From an uncultured archaeon (GTDB lineage Archaea; Thermoproteota; Bathyarchaeia; Bathyarchaeales; Bathycorpusculaceae), in contig CAWALK010000024.1 in NCBI GenBank assembly GCA_963782915.1, forward strand, positions 64,001 through 128,000: 64,000 nucleotides of DNA, in the 5' to 3' direction. The notes below the pieces were generated by a model. It was given only the letters and a program-made list of their open reading frames with translations. It was not told the DNA's origin and did not search any database. Position 1 is the stretch's first letter; the number at the start of each line of letters is the position of its first letter. Made by a program: the position numbers and the translations under genes. Of the stretch, positions 32,406 through 42,601 are shown one piece after another.

Positions 32406-33385
32406 TGGCCTTCAGTTCTCCGTGCAATCTCATCCAACGCCAACACCTGACGTGGTTCATAAACGACTAAGCCCTGGGCTAATTTGCGGATTTTTGGCAG
32501 CAACCCAATCAGGCAGTCTTTTTCGATGACTGTGTTGACGCTTACCCATGTGTCGTCGGCTAATGGCGAGATGGTTGGGTTTTTGAGTGCAGGCAACTCT
32601 GTTAGCAGCTTGTTTAGGTTTTCTTTTTTGACGTTAACGAATATGTGTATTCGTTTTGAGCCGTCAACGACGCCTTTGAGCAATGCGACTATGTCGTAGA
32701 TTTTTTCGCGTTTCTCTGGGTCTTCGAGCGCTTTTTTGTTGGCGATTAGGATGGCTGCTGAGCGCATGACGGTTTCGATTATGCGGAGGTTGTTTGCTTC
32801 GATGGTTGTGCCTGTTTCGGTTACGTCCATGATGCAGTCGCTGTTCTCCGGCGGCTTAGCCTCAGTTGCACCGAAAGATAGGAAGATTTTGGCTCGTGAG
32901 TTGTCGCCTTTTTTCCACCATGGAGTAACAAGCACTGGGTCGGCGTCGCCGAAGCGTTTCTTGTATTCGGGTGTGCTTTTGAGGTATTCGGAGGCGATGT
33001 TGAGGTATTCTGTGCTGACTCGGAAGTTTTTGCCCGCTGCCCAAATGGACTCCATAAACTCGCCTAACGTGGTTCCTTCTGGGACGCTTTCGGGGACGGC
33101 GATGACTAAGCGGATTTTGCCGTATTCGAGGTTTTGGAGGATTTCTACGTCGGCGCGGTTTTCTTTAACCCAGTCTTCGCCGGTGATGCCGAGGTCTTGT
33201 AAGCCTTCGCTGACAAAGACGGGGATTTCTTGGGGGCGGAGCACTTTCATTTCGATTTGGGGGTCGTTTATGCTGGGGCGGTATGTTCGGTCTGATGCAC
33301 CGATTTTGAAGCCTGATTTACTGAAAAATTCGGCTGTTGCTTTTTCTAGGGAGCCTTTTGGAATGGCAAATTTTATTTTATCCAT
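32384..33385 (-). CDS. hisG: ATP phosphoribosyltransferase, long form
   Basis: AIPKGSL, RPQEIP, DLGITG.D, GATE, DVTETG.T..N.L, C-terminal ACT domain PTISPL. Confidence 0.95.
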   Translation of the reverse strand: MDKIKFAIPKGSLEKATAEFFSKSGFKIGASDRTYRPSINDPQIEMKVLRPQEIPVFVSEGLQDLGITGEDWVKENRADVEILQNLEYGKIRLVIAVPESVPEGTTLGEFMESIWAAGKNFRVSTEYLNIASEYLKSTPEYKKRFGDADPVLVTPWWKKGDNSRAKIFLSFGATEAKPPENSDCIMDVTETGTTIEANNLRIIETVMRSAAILIANKKALEDPEKREKIYDIVALLKGVVDGSKRIHIFVNVKKENLNKLLTELPALKNPTISPLADDTWVSVNTVIEKDCLIGLLPKIRKLAQGLVVYEPRQVLALDEIARRTEGQCKTGQP

Positions 33386-33642
33386 AATTTTACACCTAAA
33401 TTTTTAGAGAGACATCTAAGAGTTTTTTGTTTACCAAAAACGCGTTGTTGAGAGATTACGCCTGATTGTAAATAACTAATCGTGCCTAAACTTATGCGAG
33501 TGCAGACGCTTTTAGCTGCAATGAAGGCAATCGCCTTGTATGAATACAATCCCTCATCATACGTCACTAAACGACACCTGAATGCTTGTCTTGGATATAA
33601 ACCTGTTCCACTAATATTTAACTGTAAAATAAACGCAGACAG

Positions 33643-34224
33643 TTAAACTGTGGCTGATTTAGGCGTTTTTATTTCAAAAACCAGCGGAGGCATCGAGTTT
33701 CGGGTTTCTAACTCAATAAGCAGTAAGCCTTCGAGGAGACCTCTCCAGATTTCGTAGTCGTTGATGACGGGCTTTTTTATAAGTAGGAATTTGTCCCTTA
33801 GGAAAAAGTCGCCAAAGCCCTGAACACTCAAGCGTTTGAACACGGCTTCCCAGCTTTCCTTCTTTGATGGGTCAAGGCCGATGGTGGATTGTATGGATAC
33901 TTTGAGAGCGTCGCCCATTCGTGCACCGAGTTCATGCATTTTCTCTTTGGGTATGTATTGGGCAAAGATGTTTATCATTTCTACGTTAACTATGGCTATT
34001 CGGCTAATTCCGCAGTAGTATTCTCCGGGAAATTGCCAGTCATCGATGTTGAGGCTCTTGTAGATGTCGAGCATTTTGGAGATGAGGGGTTTTATGCCGG
34101 GTTCTTTGCCTTCTCGGATTAGGGTTTCGATGAATTCGCGTTCGCTACGCTCCAGAATGATTGTGGTGCGTTTGGCTTCATCGCTTTTTAGTGCTTCGGG
34201 AACCTTGGGCTTGCTATCCAGCAT
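33643..34224 (-). CDS. Ribbon-helix-helix plus V4R-like hypothetical regulator
   Basis: N-terminal KRTTIIL beta strand plus two helices; C-terminal LGARMG...LSVQGFGDF...RGLLEG. Confidence 0.5.
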   Translation of the reverse strand: MLDSKPKVPEALKSDEAKRTTIILERSEREFIETLIREGKEPGIKPLISKMLDIYKSLNIDDWQFPGEYYCGISRIAIVNVEMINIFAQYIPKEKMHELGARMGDALKVSIQSTIGLDPSKKESWEAVFKRLSVQGFGDFFLRDKFLLIKKPVINDYEIWRGLLEGLLLIELETRNSMPPLVFEIKTPKSATV

Positions 34225-34568
34225 AGGACATATTCTTTGGGTAATATGTAATATGTCTTATGTATTCTGGAAGCATATTCAAACTCAATTCCTTAAGAAC
34301 TCCCTTCTATCGCTAACAGTTTCTTTTGCTTTCTCAAATAAAGAACAGTGCACGCGTAGGCAACTATACCAACCAATGTTGCAGAAGCGCTGCTGCTTGC
34401 ACAATCAGTCACAGCTAACCTTCAACCCAACATAAATGCAGACACCAAAAAGCAGCTGCCCCCGCAACTTTGGTTGATGTTGTGTATAGGCGCTTCTTGG
34501 CAACAACTACTATAGAAAACACAAACAGCTAAGAATACTTAATAAAACAGGCTCGTTCTATTTGGGTC

Positions 34569-34623
34569 GCCGATGAGGAAACTAAAAAGCTGAACTGATG
34601 ATGCACTCTAGGGTATCTGAGGC
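34569..34623 (+). ncRNA. Box C/D guide sRNA
   Basis: GCC stem, C box CGATGA, guide, D' CTGA (34590), C' TGATGA (34596), guide, D CTGA (34617), GGC. Confidence 0.8.
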
Positions 34624-34657
34624 AAAAATTTAACTAAAAAAATTAAAAATAAATTAT

Positions 34658-34888
34658 TTAGGTTATGATTTTCTTGCGGATCAAATAGATCAGCATACCT
34701 AAGCCAACGATGAATAGGACAAAGCCCAACACGATGGCAGCAACATCACCTAAACCAGCTGAAACCAGCAGGTATGGGACATAAGTTGGACCTACAAAAA
34801 TCAATAGGACCGCAACAATTGTTAATGCTACTTTAGTGAATTTTGATTCGCTACTTACTTGTATTTCATTTTCGTTAATTTCAGTCAT
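34658..34888 (-). CDS. Small two-TM membrane protein
   Basis: Hydrophobic ORF with FVGPTYVPY, directly downstream of the PAC2 gene. Confidence 0.7.
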   Translation of the reverse strand: MTEINENEIQVSSESKFTKVALTIVAVLLIFVGPTYVPYLLVSAGLGDVAAIVLGFVLFIVGLGMLIYLIRKKIIT

Positions 34889-34904
34889 CGCTTCGCCCAA
34901 CTTA

Positions 34905-35573
34905 CTACTCTTCAGGTTGATTGTTTTCTATTGAACCTTCTTTTATCTCTTTTCCTAAAGTCTTCATTAAAAACTTGAAAACCAAAAATCCAGCGCCCTT
35001 ATCAGCCTTAAAACCCATCGTTGTACCCAATAAACCGACGCCGTCAATCTTGCGTTCCTTCGCCAACGCCAAAGTCAAGCCTGTGCCACCGACAATTCTG
35101 CCTTTGCTGTAGATGACTCCGCCCTTCTCCATAAATTCGGTAGCCAAACGTGGCGAGGTGGCTGCGATGAAGACTTGGGTTTTGTCTTCGGTGATTGGTA
35201 CGCCGCCCATGGTAACTATGAATTTGCAGCCCAATTCCTCCACGAAATCGATTACTGAATCACAGACATCGTAATGGGCAACTACATCGTCGAAGGATGG
35301 TTGAATCTCCCCAGTCATGATAACCAGGTTGTTCTTTTCCATGGGTGCATAGAAGAATTCGTAACGGGGCAAATGTGCTATGCCCTTGGTTGTTATGGAG
35401 ACGTAATCTGGAAATGAGGGTGAATACAATTCTGCGAAGGGTTTAGCGTCACAGAATTTTATGAGCAGATGAGCCGCTATCCGTCCCACGTTGCCAAAGC
35501 CTGGTAGCCCCATGACAAAGATTGGGTTTTCTAGGGGCGGATTTGAGAGTTTTCGTAAATACGGCTTATCCAT
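34905..35573 (-). CDS. PAC2-family proteasome assembly chaperone
   Basis: GLPG.GNVG.IAA, YSP.FP, TG..QP, TMGG, I.G..GL.L. Confidence 0.88.
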   Translation of the reverse strand: MDKPYLRKLSNPPLENPIFVMGLPGFGNVGRIAAHLLIKFCDAKPFAELYSPSFPDYVSITTKGIAHLPRYEFFYAPMEKNNLVIMTGEIQPSFDDVVAHYDVCDSVIDFVEELGCKFIVTMGGVPITEDKTQVFIAATSPRLATEFMEKGGVIYSKGRIVGGTGLTLALAKERKIDGVGLLGTTMGFKADKGAGFLVFKFLMKTLGKEIKEGSIENNQPEE

Positions 35574-35702
35574 CTATGAACCATCCAGCCATAGGGAAAT
35601 ATCTTCGACACTAAAAGGCTTTTGCTGAGATGGGAAAAAGAAACTATTAATATTCGACGAGTGAAGTAATAGGTTGCACCGAAAGCGTTTTCTCAGAAAC
35701 GT

Positions 35703-35781
35703 AGCGGGGTGGGGTAGCCAGGATTAACCCGCTGGGCTCATAACCCAGAGATCAGTAGTTCAAATCTACTCCCCGCTACCA
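35703..35781 (+). tRNA. Initiator tRNA-Met(CAT), CCA encoded
   Basis: A1:U72 acceptor AGCGGGG/CCCCGCT; three G-C pairs in anticodon stem CTGGG-CTCATAA-CCCAG; TTCAAAT loop. Confidence 0.96.
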
Positions 35782-35850
35782 AAAAATATATTCAAAAAGA
35801 AACATACGTATGATTCTTTTCAGTTAGTCCAAGAGAAATATCAAGATGAA

Positions 35851-35976
35851 TTAAGCGCTGAAATCCTTACTTGAAAAATGCAAGGTACCTACCAAGATTA
35901 GAATTGAGCCTATCAGAAGGGCTAATCCATAAACGTTCTGGAAATTCGAAAACCATGCTATGAGTGGTTCAAACAT
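35851..35976 (-). CDS. Putative 41-aa single-TM protein (MFEPLIAWFSNFQNVYGLALLIGSILILVGTLHFSSKDFSA)
   Basis: Clean short ORF with a TM segment and a TTATAT box about 35 nt upstream. Confidence 0.45.
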   Translation of the reverse strand: MFEPLIAWFSNFQNVYGLALLIGSILILVGTLHFSSKDFSA

Positions 35977-36173
35977 TTAGGTTCCAACGATACCTTCAAT
36001 CCTTGAATAAAATATAAGAGAATGTTATATCAAACAACACAACCACTTCAAAAAAAGCCAGCTCTCGATTTATTTTAACTGTATCAACTGCTCTATTTTT
36101 CAAGCCTTCTATACCGAGTAGATTACGGTAAAAGTAAATAAACAACTTAACCTAACATTAGAGAAACCCTCGT

Positions 36174-37982
36174 TTGGTGAATTTAATGAAGCGAACCATG
36201 GCATCTCTCTTGATTGTAGCTTTTACTCTAATAGCAGTTTTACCGGTCGCCTTACTCAGCAGCACAGTTTCAGCTCAAAGCAGCGGCTATAGCATCGATA
36301 AAGTAGACCACCAAATACAAGTCATGTACTCGGGAAACGTAGTCATATTAGAAACGATCCATGTTTCAGGCCAAATATCCGATGGCTTCACCATTGGTTT
36401 ACCCTACATTTACAGCGCTGATGTGCTAAAAGTCCTCGCATATGACAGCGCACACGTCTATGACGCAAACGTGGGAGTTCAACTTGGCGATCACAGCGGA
36501 TTCTACGCTGTAAAAATCAATTTCAACGGAAACACACCAAACGTTTTCACAGTAGCCTTTGTTTTATCTAATAGTTTAACAACCGACCAAAACGGCGGAA
36601 GCTACTTAGTAGAGTTTCCGGCATACCCAAGTTTAACACAGAACGTGGGCACCGTAAACGCCACGTTATTTTTCCCCAGTATACCCAAAACCATCACCAT
36701 CGGCAAAGACGATGGAAACGTATCAGCCACAAGCTACGCCGCAAACAATCTAGCGGCATACACTTACTCGATTGCAAAAACCAACGTTAAAGTCTCTACT
36801 GGAACCCTACAATTAGCAACCATAAACAGTTTAAATCGAGAAATAAGCATCGACACAACCGGAACAGTGAATGCCATAGACACTTACAAAATCACAAGCA
36901 ACGCCACAGCTTCACTTAGCGCATTCATACTAAACGTGCCGTTAGGCGCTACCAACATTGCTGTCAAAGACCAATTTGGAACCACACTAACAACAAGCAT
37001 AGTAACCGGCAGCAACATACTACTCGTAAACTCTACGCTTAACTCGTTTGTTAACAGTGGACAATCAACCACATTAGCAGTAAGCTATAACCTACCGGGA
37101 GCAACCCTTCAAAGCTCCCAATATGTCTTAGCAGATTTCCAGCTCTTCACCAACTTCCAATACGTCGTAGACCACGCAACTATGGCTTTTAATCCACCAG
37201 AAGGCGCAACCATCTCAACACCCCAAGCCGCCCAGCTTGACTCATCATCCACACTCACACGCAGCACCTACCAAGACACCCTAACCGTAACAGCAGACGA
37301 CATAAGCTACGTTGACTTTCTTGCCCCCCAAACAAACACTATACAATTAGCTTATGGTTACAATCCAGTTTGGGTTTCCTTTAGACCTACATTCTGGGCA
37401 GCACTTGCAGCAGTCCTCGGATGTGTAGGCGCTGTCGTCTATCAGAAACGCAGACCAAAAGAGGAAACCTACCGAACAAGAGCAGAAAAAATAACAGTCC
37501 AAAAATCAAAAGCACCCATAGCCACTAAACCAGCAGTCGAAACAGCCAAGGGCCAACCCATCACTGCCGACCAAATCCGAGACTTCACTGGCGCATATGA
37601 GGACAGAAAACAATTAAACGCTGAACTAAGAGCAATGGATGCTAAAGCTCAGAAAGGCAAGATTCCAAGACGCCAATACAAAGTCCAAAGAGCAGCAGTC
37701 GAAACCAGAATTGAAGGCTTAACAAGAAGCATAGAACGCGCCAAAACAGTTTTCCGCAGCGGAGCCGGCACTTATCCAGACCTAATTAATCAACTGGATT
37801 TAGCTGAAGCAGACTTAGCCCAAGCAGAAGAAAGCATAAGAACCCTTGAGGTACGCCAAAGCAAAGGGGAAATTTCCATTGAAAGCTACAAGAAAAACAT
37901 CAGTGACTCCCAGAAAACACGGGATAAAGCTGAATCAGCAATCAATGGAATCTTATTGCGGTTACGTGAAAAAATACGTTAA
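36174..37982 (+). CDS. Ribophorin I (Ost1/RPN1)-like type I membrane protein
   Basis: Signal peptide; two beta-rich luminal repeats (SLNREISI..G.V...TY.I; VP.GA.NI.V.D..G; VSYNLP; PPEGA); TM; helical cytoplasmic tail. Confidence 0.6.
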   Translation: MVNLMKRTMASLLIVAFTLIAVLPVALLSSTVSAQSSGYSIDKVDHQIQVMYSGNVVILETIHVSGQISDGFTIGLPYIYSADVLKVLAYDSAHVYDANVGVQLGDHSGFYAVKINFNGNTPNVFTVAFVLSNSLTTDQNGGSYLVEFPAYPSLTQNVGTVNATLFFPSIPKTITIGKDDGNVSATSYAANNLAAYTYSIAKTNVKVSTGTLQLATINSLNREISIDTTGTVNAIDTYKITSNATASLSAFILNVPLGATNIAVKDQFGTTLTTSIVTGSNILLVNSTLNSFVNSGQSTTLAVSYNLPGATLQSSQYVLADFQLFTNFQYVVDHATMAFNPPEGATISTPQAAQLDSSSTLTRSTYQDTLTVTADDISYVDFLAPQTNTIQLAYGYNPVWVSFRPTFWAALAAVLGCVGAVVYQKRRPKEETYRTRAEKITVQKSKAPIATKPAVETAKGQPITADQIRDFTGAYEDRKQLNAELRAMDAKAQKGKIPRRQYKVQRAAVETRIEGLTRSIERAKTVFRSGAGTYPDLINQLDLAEADLAQAEESIRTLEVRQSKGEISIESYKKNISDSQKTRDKAESAINGILLRLREKIR

Positions 37983-38049
37983 TCAACCTAAACCCTTTTA
38001 TTTTACGGATAGGCTTTTCAAGAAATTATTACAGGTAGGTAAGACAAAA

Positions 38050-38229
38050 ATGGTAAAAATTGTTGTCGATCCTAAATGCACTGGATGCGAAACTTGTGTC
38101 AACACTTGCCCAGTCGGCGTTTACGAAATTAAAGCCGGCAAGTCAGTTCCAAGCAAATCAAGCGAATGCTTGGTCTGTAGAGCTTGTGAAGCACAATGCC
38201 CCGAAGGTGCAATTCAGGTAATCGAATAA
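38050..38229 (+). CDS. 2x[4Fe-4S] ferredoxin
   Basis: CTGCETCVNTCP and CLVCRACEAQCP. Confidence 0.93.
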   Translation: MVKIVVDPKCTGCETCVNTCPVGVYEIKAGKSVPSKSSECLVCRACEAQCPEGAIQVIE

Positions 38230-38234
38230 AATAG

Positions 38235-38265
38235 TCTCTCACATTGAGAGAGTTTCCCTTTTATT
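38235..38265 (+). terminator. Hairpin plus T-rich tract after the ferredoxin gene
   Basis: ctctca-cat-tgagag followed by tttcccttttatt. Confidence 0.4.
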
Positions 38266-38746
38266 AACCTCTAATATTTTTTGTAATTTAACTTTAGTAT
38301 CGCCGATCTGCCGTACAGAAGTTCAGATTGTTTTATTCCTGAAAATGTTGCCTCGTAAAGAGAGGACCCCCCGATTCTCTCTTTGTGAAAAACTGTTTAG
38401 TCTTCTAGGTTTAGTAAGAACTCGACTATTTTGGCTAATTGTTCGGCTGTGACGCGGTCGAGGCTTTGTTCTTCTTCTATGTCAATGAGTGTGTTATCGG
38501 TTTGCATAGTTACTGGTATAGGACCGCTTTTGCTATAACAGTATCTCCGAGGCTTACTTCGAAGTTCGAAGTAGCGCTTTTTTGTTGTGTATGCATTTTA
38601 ACAGTTTCATGTATATTCCATGGCACTTCACCCGCAGTAGCCATGTGAGAGTTGAGCTGGAAGCATTAATTCGCAGGTTTATCCATGAAAAACAGATTTG
38701 GTGGAAAAGTAAAAGTTATATCCCCAAACCACCCTAAACAGAGGTC

Positions 38747-39022
38747 ATGTCATCTAAAGCTCACTGTTGCCACATACTGGTCAAGACCCTAACAGAAGCA
38801 AACGCAGTAAAAGCCCGCTTAGACAAAGGCGAAAAATTCGGTGAAATCGCAAAACAAGTCTCCCTATGCTCATCAGGCAAAAAAGGAGGAGACCTCGGAA
38901 CCTTCACGCGAGGCAAAATGGTGAAAGAATTCGAGAAAACAGCCTTTGAACTCCAGAAGGGCCAAATTTCTGCACCGGTCAAAACCCAGTTTGGCTACCA
39001 CATCATCAAAAGAATAGAATAG
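38747..39022 (+). CDS. ppiC: Parvulin-type peptidyl-prolyl cis-trans isomerase
   Basis: HILVK, F.EIAK..S.C.S..KGGDLG.F.RG.MV.EFE, PVKTQFGYHII. Confidence 0.93.
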   Translation: MSSKAHCCHILVKTLTEANAVKARLDKGEKFGEIAKQVSLCSSGKKGGDLGTFTRGKMVKEFEKTAFELQKGQISAPVKTQFGYHIIKRIE

Positions 39023-39097
39023 CAAAGAACAAATACTCGCTGGAGTCTTTTTTGTTCCAGCCCTTTTATTTTCAACATCAAAATAGGATGCTAAGAA

Positions 39098-39826
39098 TTG
39101 CAGCTTAAACAGTCCATGTTAACTCAAAAAAGAACCCTTCTTTTCTGCATAGGGTTTCTTCTGGCGTTTCTGCTAGTTACAATCTTTAGACCAAGCTTTC
39201 AGAGCATTGATGTTGCAGTTAACCTTTGGACGCCAACGATTCAATCGCCCATACTAACTTTCTTTGCAGAAGGAATCGCAATTGTCTTTGATACAACCAG
39301 TTTAGTCATCATTTCTATAGTCATATCGGGGATACTTTTCCTAAAAAAGCGCAAACTTGAGGGACTCTTTTTGTTGGGTGCAATGGGTGGCGACGCATTA
39401 ATCGTATCAATATTGAAAGCACTTGATCATGTTGCGAGGCCTGCCAACGCGATTGTGTCAGATACGGGTTTTTCTTATCCGAGCGGCCACAGTGCGGGCG
39501 TAGTCGTTTTTATGGGGGTTCTTGCCTATTTTGCGTGGCGTCACTGGCGAAGCACCCGTGCAAGAGCTGCGATTGGTGTAAGTTTGGGTGTGTTGGTGGG
39601 TGTTGTAGGTTTTGACAGAATTTATTTGAATGTTCATTGGCTTAGTGATGTCTTGGGCGGTTGGCTGTTTGGGGCGTTTTGGTTAGCGTTTGTTATTTTG
39701 TTGTTTGGGTGGTTTGAGCGCTCTGTTTGTTTTGAGTCGAAGAGGGTTAATGTTGTGGCTAATTGGCTTTTTGTTGTTGCGGTGATTGTTGCGGTTTTGG
39801 TTGCTTTGTCTGGTTATATCGTTTAG
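39098..39826 (+). CDS. PAP2-family membrane phosphatase
   Basis: K......RP, SYPSGH, DRIYLNVHWLSDV.GG. Confidence 0.9.
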   Translation: MQLKQSMLTQKRTLLFCIGFLLAFLLVTIFRPSFQSIDVAVNLWTPTIQSPILTFFAEGIAIVFDTTSLVIISIVISGILFLKKRKLEGLFLLGAMGGDALIVSILKALDHVARPANAIVSDTGFSYPSGHSAGVVVFMGVLAYFAWRHWRSTRARAAIGVSLGVLVGVVGFDRIYLNVHWLSDVLGGWLFGAFWLAFVILLFGWFERSVCFESKRVNVVANWLFVVAVIVAVLVALSGYIV

Positions 39827-39912
39827 TTACATGTTTTAAGATATATCTTATACAGACACATTTATATTTGCGCAGTATCCATCACTAAACAAGCATAAGC
39901 GGAAGCAAGCCT

Positions 39913-42333
39913 ATGAGCCAAACCAAAACCAAAAAAATCTCACTCAACATCGGCGGAATGAGCTGCGTCAACTGTTCACGAGCCATAGAAAAAGCACTAG
40001 GCAAACTAAACGGCGTAACCCACGCCACCGTAAATTTGGCAGCAGAAAAAGCCCTCATCGACTACAACCCCGACATCGTAGACCAAAAAACCATAGAAGA
40101 CACCATCACCGAAGTGGGCTACCAAGTCATACACGAAAAAATCAGCATCCAAGTAGGCGGCATGACCTGCGTAAACTGCGCCAAAAGCATAGAAAAAGCC
40201 CTAAACGCCAAAGAAGGAGTTTACAACGCCGTCGTCAACTTCGCCACCGAGCGGGTTTTGGTTGAGTACAATTCTGAGCAGATAGGCTTAGCAGGCATAA
40301 AAAAGACCATTCAAGATGTCGGCTACGAAGTGGTTGAGCAACAAAAAAATGTTGAAGACACCGAAGGCAAAGCTCGGCAACGCCATATCCGACGCCTAAA
40401 GCTGCTCTTAGTGGCTAGCATCGCATTAACTATTCCAATTATGCTGCTGATGTGGCTTGCACCTCTTCCCATGGAGCAGAATAACATCTTGATGTTCATC
40501 CTTGCAACCCCCGTGCAGTTTGTGGTGGGCTGGACTTTCTACGTCGGCGCATACAAAGGCTTGCGCAATAAAACCGCTAACATGGATACCCTAATTGCCA
40601 TGGGCACTTCGACGGCTTGGATATACAGCACAGTCGTCACCTTTGCCCCAGAAGTCGTTCCCAAATTCAGCGGTCTTCTTTGACACAGCCGTCATGATAA
40701 TGACCTTCATCTTAGCCGGCAAACTCTTAGACGCCATCGCAAAAGGCAGAACCTCAGAAGCCATCCGCAAAATCATGGGGCTCCAAGCCAAAACGGCACG
40801 AGTTATCCGAGAAGGCGTAGAAGTTGAGTTGCCAGTGGAAGATGTTCAAGTCGGCGACATCATCGTTGTGCGTCCAGGAGAAAAAATCCCAGTTGACGGA
40901 ACCGTCATCGAAGGTTACTCAGCCGTAGACGAGAAAGTCATCACAGGAGAAAGCATCCCTGTTGAGAAGCGTAAGGGTGACCAAGTCATCGGCGCCACCA
41001 TGAACAAAACTGGCACATTCAAGTTCCAAGCGACAAAGGTCGGCAAAGATACTGCGCTTGCCCAAATCATAGGCTTAGTCGAGGATGCTTTGAGTTCTAA
41101 GGCGCCTGTGCAACGGTTAGCCGACATCGCAGCAGGATATTTCGTGCCAGCCATCATCACTATTGCGACAGTGTCGGCGTTGGCATGGTATTTCCTGTTT
41201 GGTGCAACCTACATCTTCTCGCTTACAGTGTTCATTGCGGTGTTGATTGTCGCTTGCCCATGCGCTCTTGGGACTCGCCACTCCGACAGCCATCATGGTT
41301 GGTGTCGGAAAAGGCGCAGAAAACGGCATCTTAATCAAAAGCGGAGAAGCCCTCGAAACAGCACACAAACTCCAAGCAGTCGTATTCGACAAAACAGGCA
41401 CATTAACCAAGGGCGAACCAGAAGTAACCGACATAGTAACGACCAATGTGCTCAGTGAAGAGCAACTCCTACAATATGCGGCGGTTGCAGAGAAGAATTC
41501 GGAGCATCCACTCGGAGAAGCCATAGTCAAACAGGCAACATCAAGAAACCTCAAAGTGGAGGACCCAGAAGACTTCAACGCTATTCCAGGTCACGGAGTC
41601 GAAGTCAAATACAATGGCACAACGGTGCTGCTGGGTAACCGCAAACTCATGGAAACAAACAGCATAGACATAAGCCAACTTGAAGTAAAAATGACGGCAT
41701 TTGAGGAACAGGGAAAAACAGCCATGCTAATGGCAGTTGACGGAAAAGCAGCAGGATTAATCGCTGTCGCAGACACCTTAAAGGAGCACTCCGCCGAAGC
41801 CGTGAAAGCGCTCAAAGCCATGGGTCTTGAAGTTATCATGCTCACAGGCGACAACCAAAGAACAGCCAAAGCCATCGCAGCTCAAGTGGGCGTTAACCGC
41901 GTATTAGCTGAAGTATTACCAAGCGAGAAGGCTAATGAAATCAAGCGGCTGCAAGGCAGAAGGCAAAGTCGTGGCGATGGTCGGAGACGGAATCAACGAT
42001 GCCCCCGCATTGGCACAGGCAAACATTGGAATCGCAGTCGGCACAGGAACAGACGTAGCAGTAGAAACAGGCGACATAGTCCTCATCAAAAATGACCTGC
42101 GAGATGTCGTAGTTGCCATCCAACTCAGCAGAGCAACAATGCGCAAGATCCGACAGAACCTGTTCTGGGCATTCTTCTACAACATAGCACTCATCCCATT
42201 GGCAGCAGGACTATTCTATCCGTTCCTTCATGTCCTCTTTGACCCAGTTTATGCAGCGGCAGCAATGGCAACCAGTTCCGTCACGGTAGTTTCGAATGCG
42301 GCACTGCTGCGTCGGTTCAAACCAAAACTCTAA
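39913..42333 (+). CDS. copA: Cu(I)-translocating P1B-type ATPase (about 3 frameshifts)
   Basis: Two GM.C..C HMA domains, [31 protein letters not shown] and M..SS in TM7/8. Confidence 0.93.
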
Positions 42334-42370
42334 GTAACCCAAAAAGAATGGATTTGGAGGTGAAACATGT

Positions 42371-42565
42371 ATGGCGAAAGATTTAGTTTGCGATATGGAT
42401 GTTGACGAGAAAACAGCGAAATGGAAGACAGTGTATAAGGGCAAAACCTATTATTTCTGTGCTCCAGGCTGCAAGAAATCGTTCGAAGCTAACCCTGAAG
42501 AATACGTTGGCGACTCAAAGTCTGCTCATGATGGCGGATGCTGCTGCGGCAAACACCAACACTAG
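42371..42565 (+). CDS. YHS/TRASH metallochaperone with Cys/His-rich tail
   Basis: D.VC.M.V, Y.G.TYYFC..GC...F..NPE.Y, ending HDGGCCCGKHQH. Confidence 0.88.
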   Translation: MAKDLVCDMDVDEKTAKWKTVYKGKTYYFCAPGCKKSFEANPEEYVGDSKSAHDGGCCCGKHQH

Positions 42566-42601
42566 CGGAAAATTTCTTTTTCTTTTTCATCTAACTCTTT
42601 T

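Noticed and set aside
33373-33600. his attenuator leader peptide or C/D sRNA upstream of hisG
   Set aside because: The 64-aa upstream ORF has no His codons and the alternative 22-aa ORF has only one. ATGATGA is present but no matching CTGA D box follows.
7692-35781. Integrated provirus or island at tRNA-Val or tRNA-iMet
   Set aside because: No integrase and no duplicated tRNA 3' end (att site) was seen in the window.
38398-38640. Possible small frameshifted minus-strand gene (...DIEEEQSLDRVTAEQLAKIVEFLLNLED*)
   Set aside because: Needs an assumed indel and has no recognisable motif; too weak to call.
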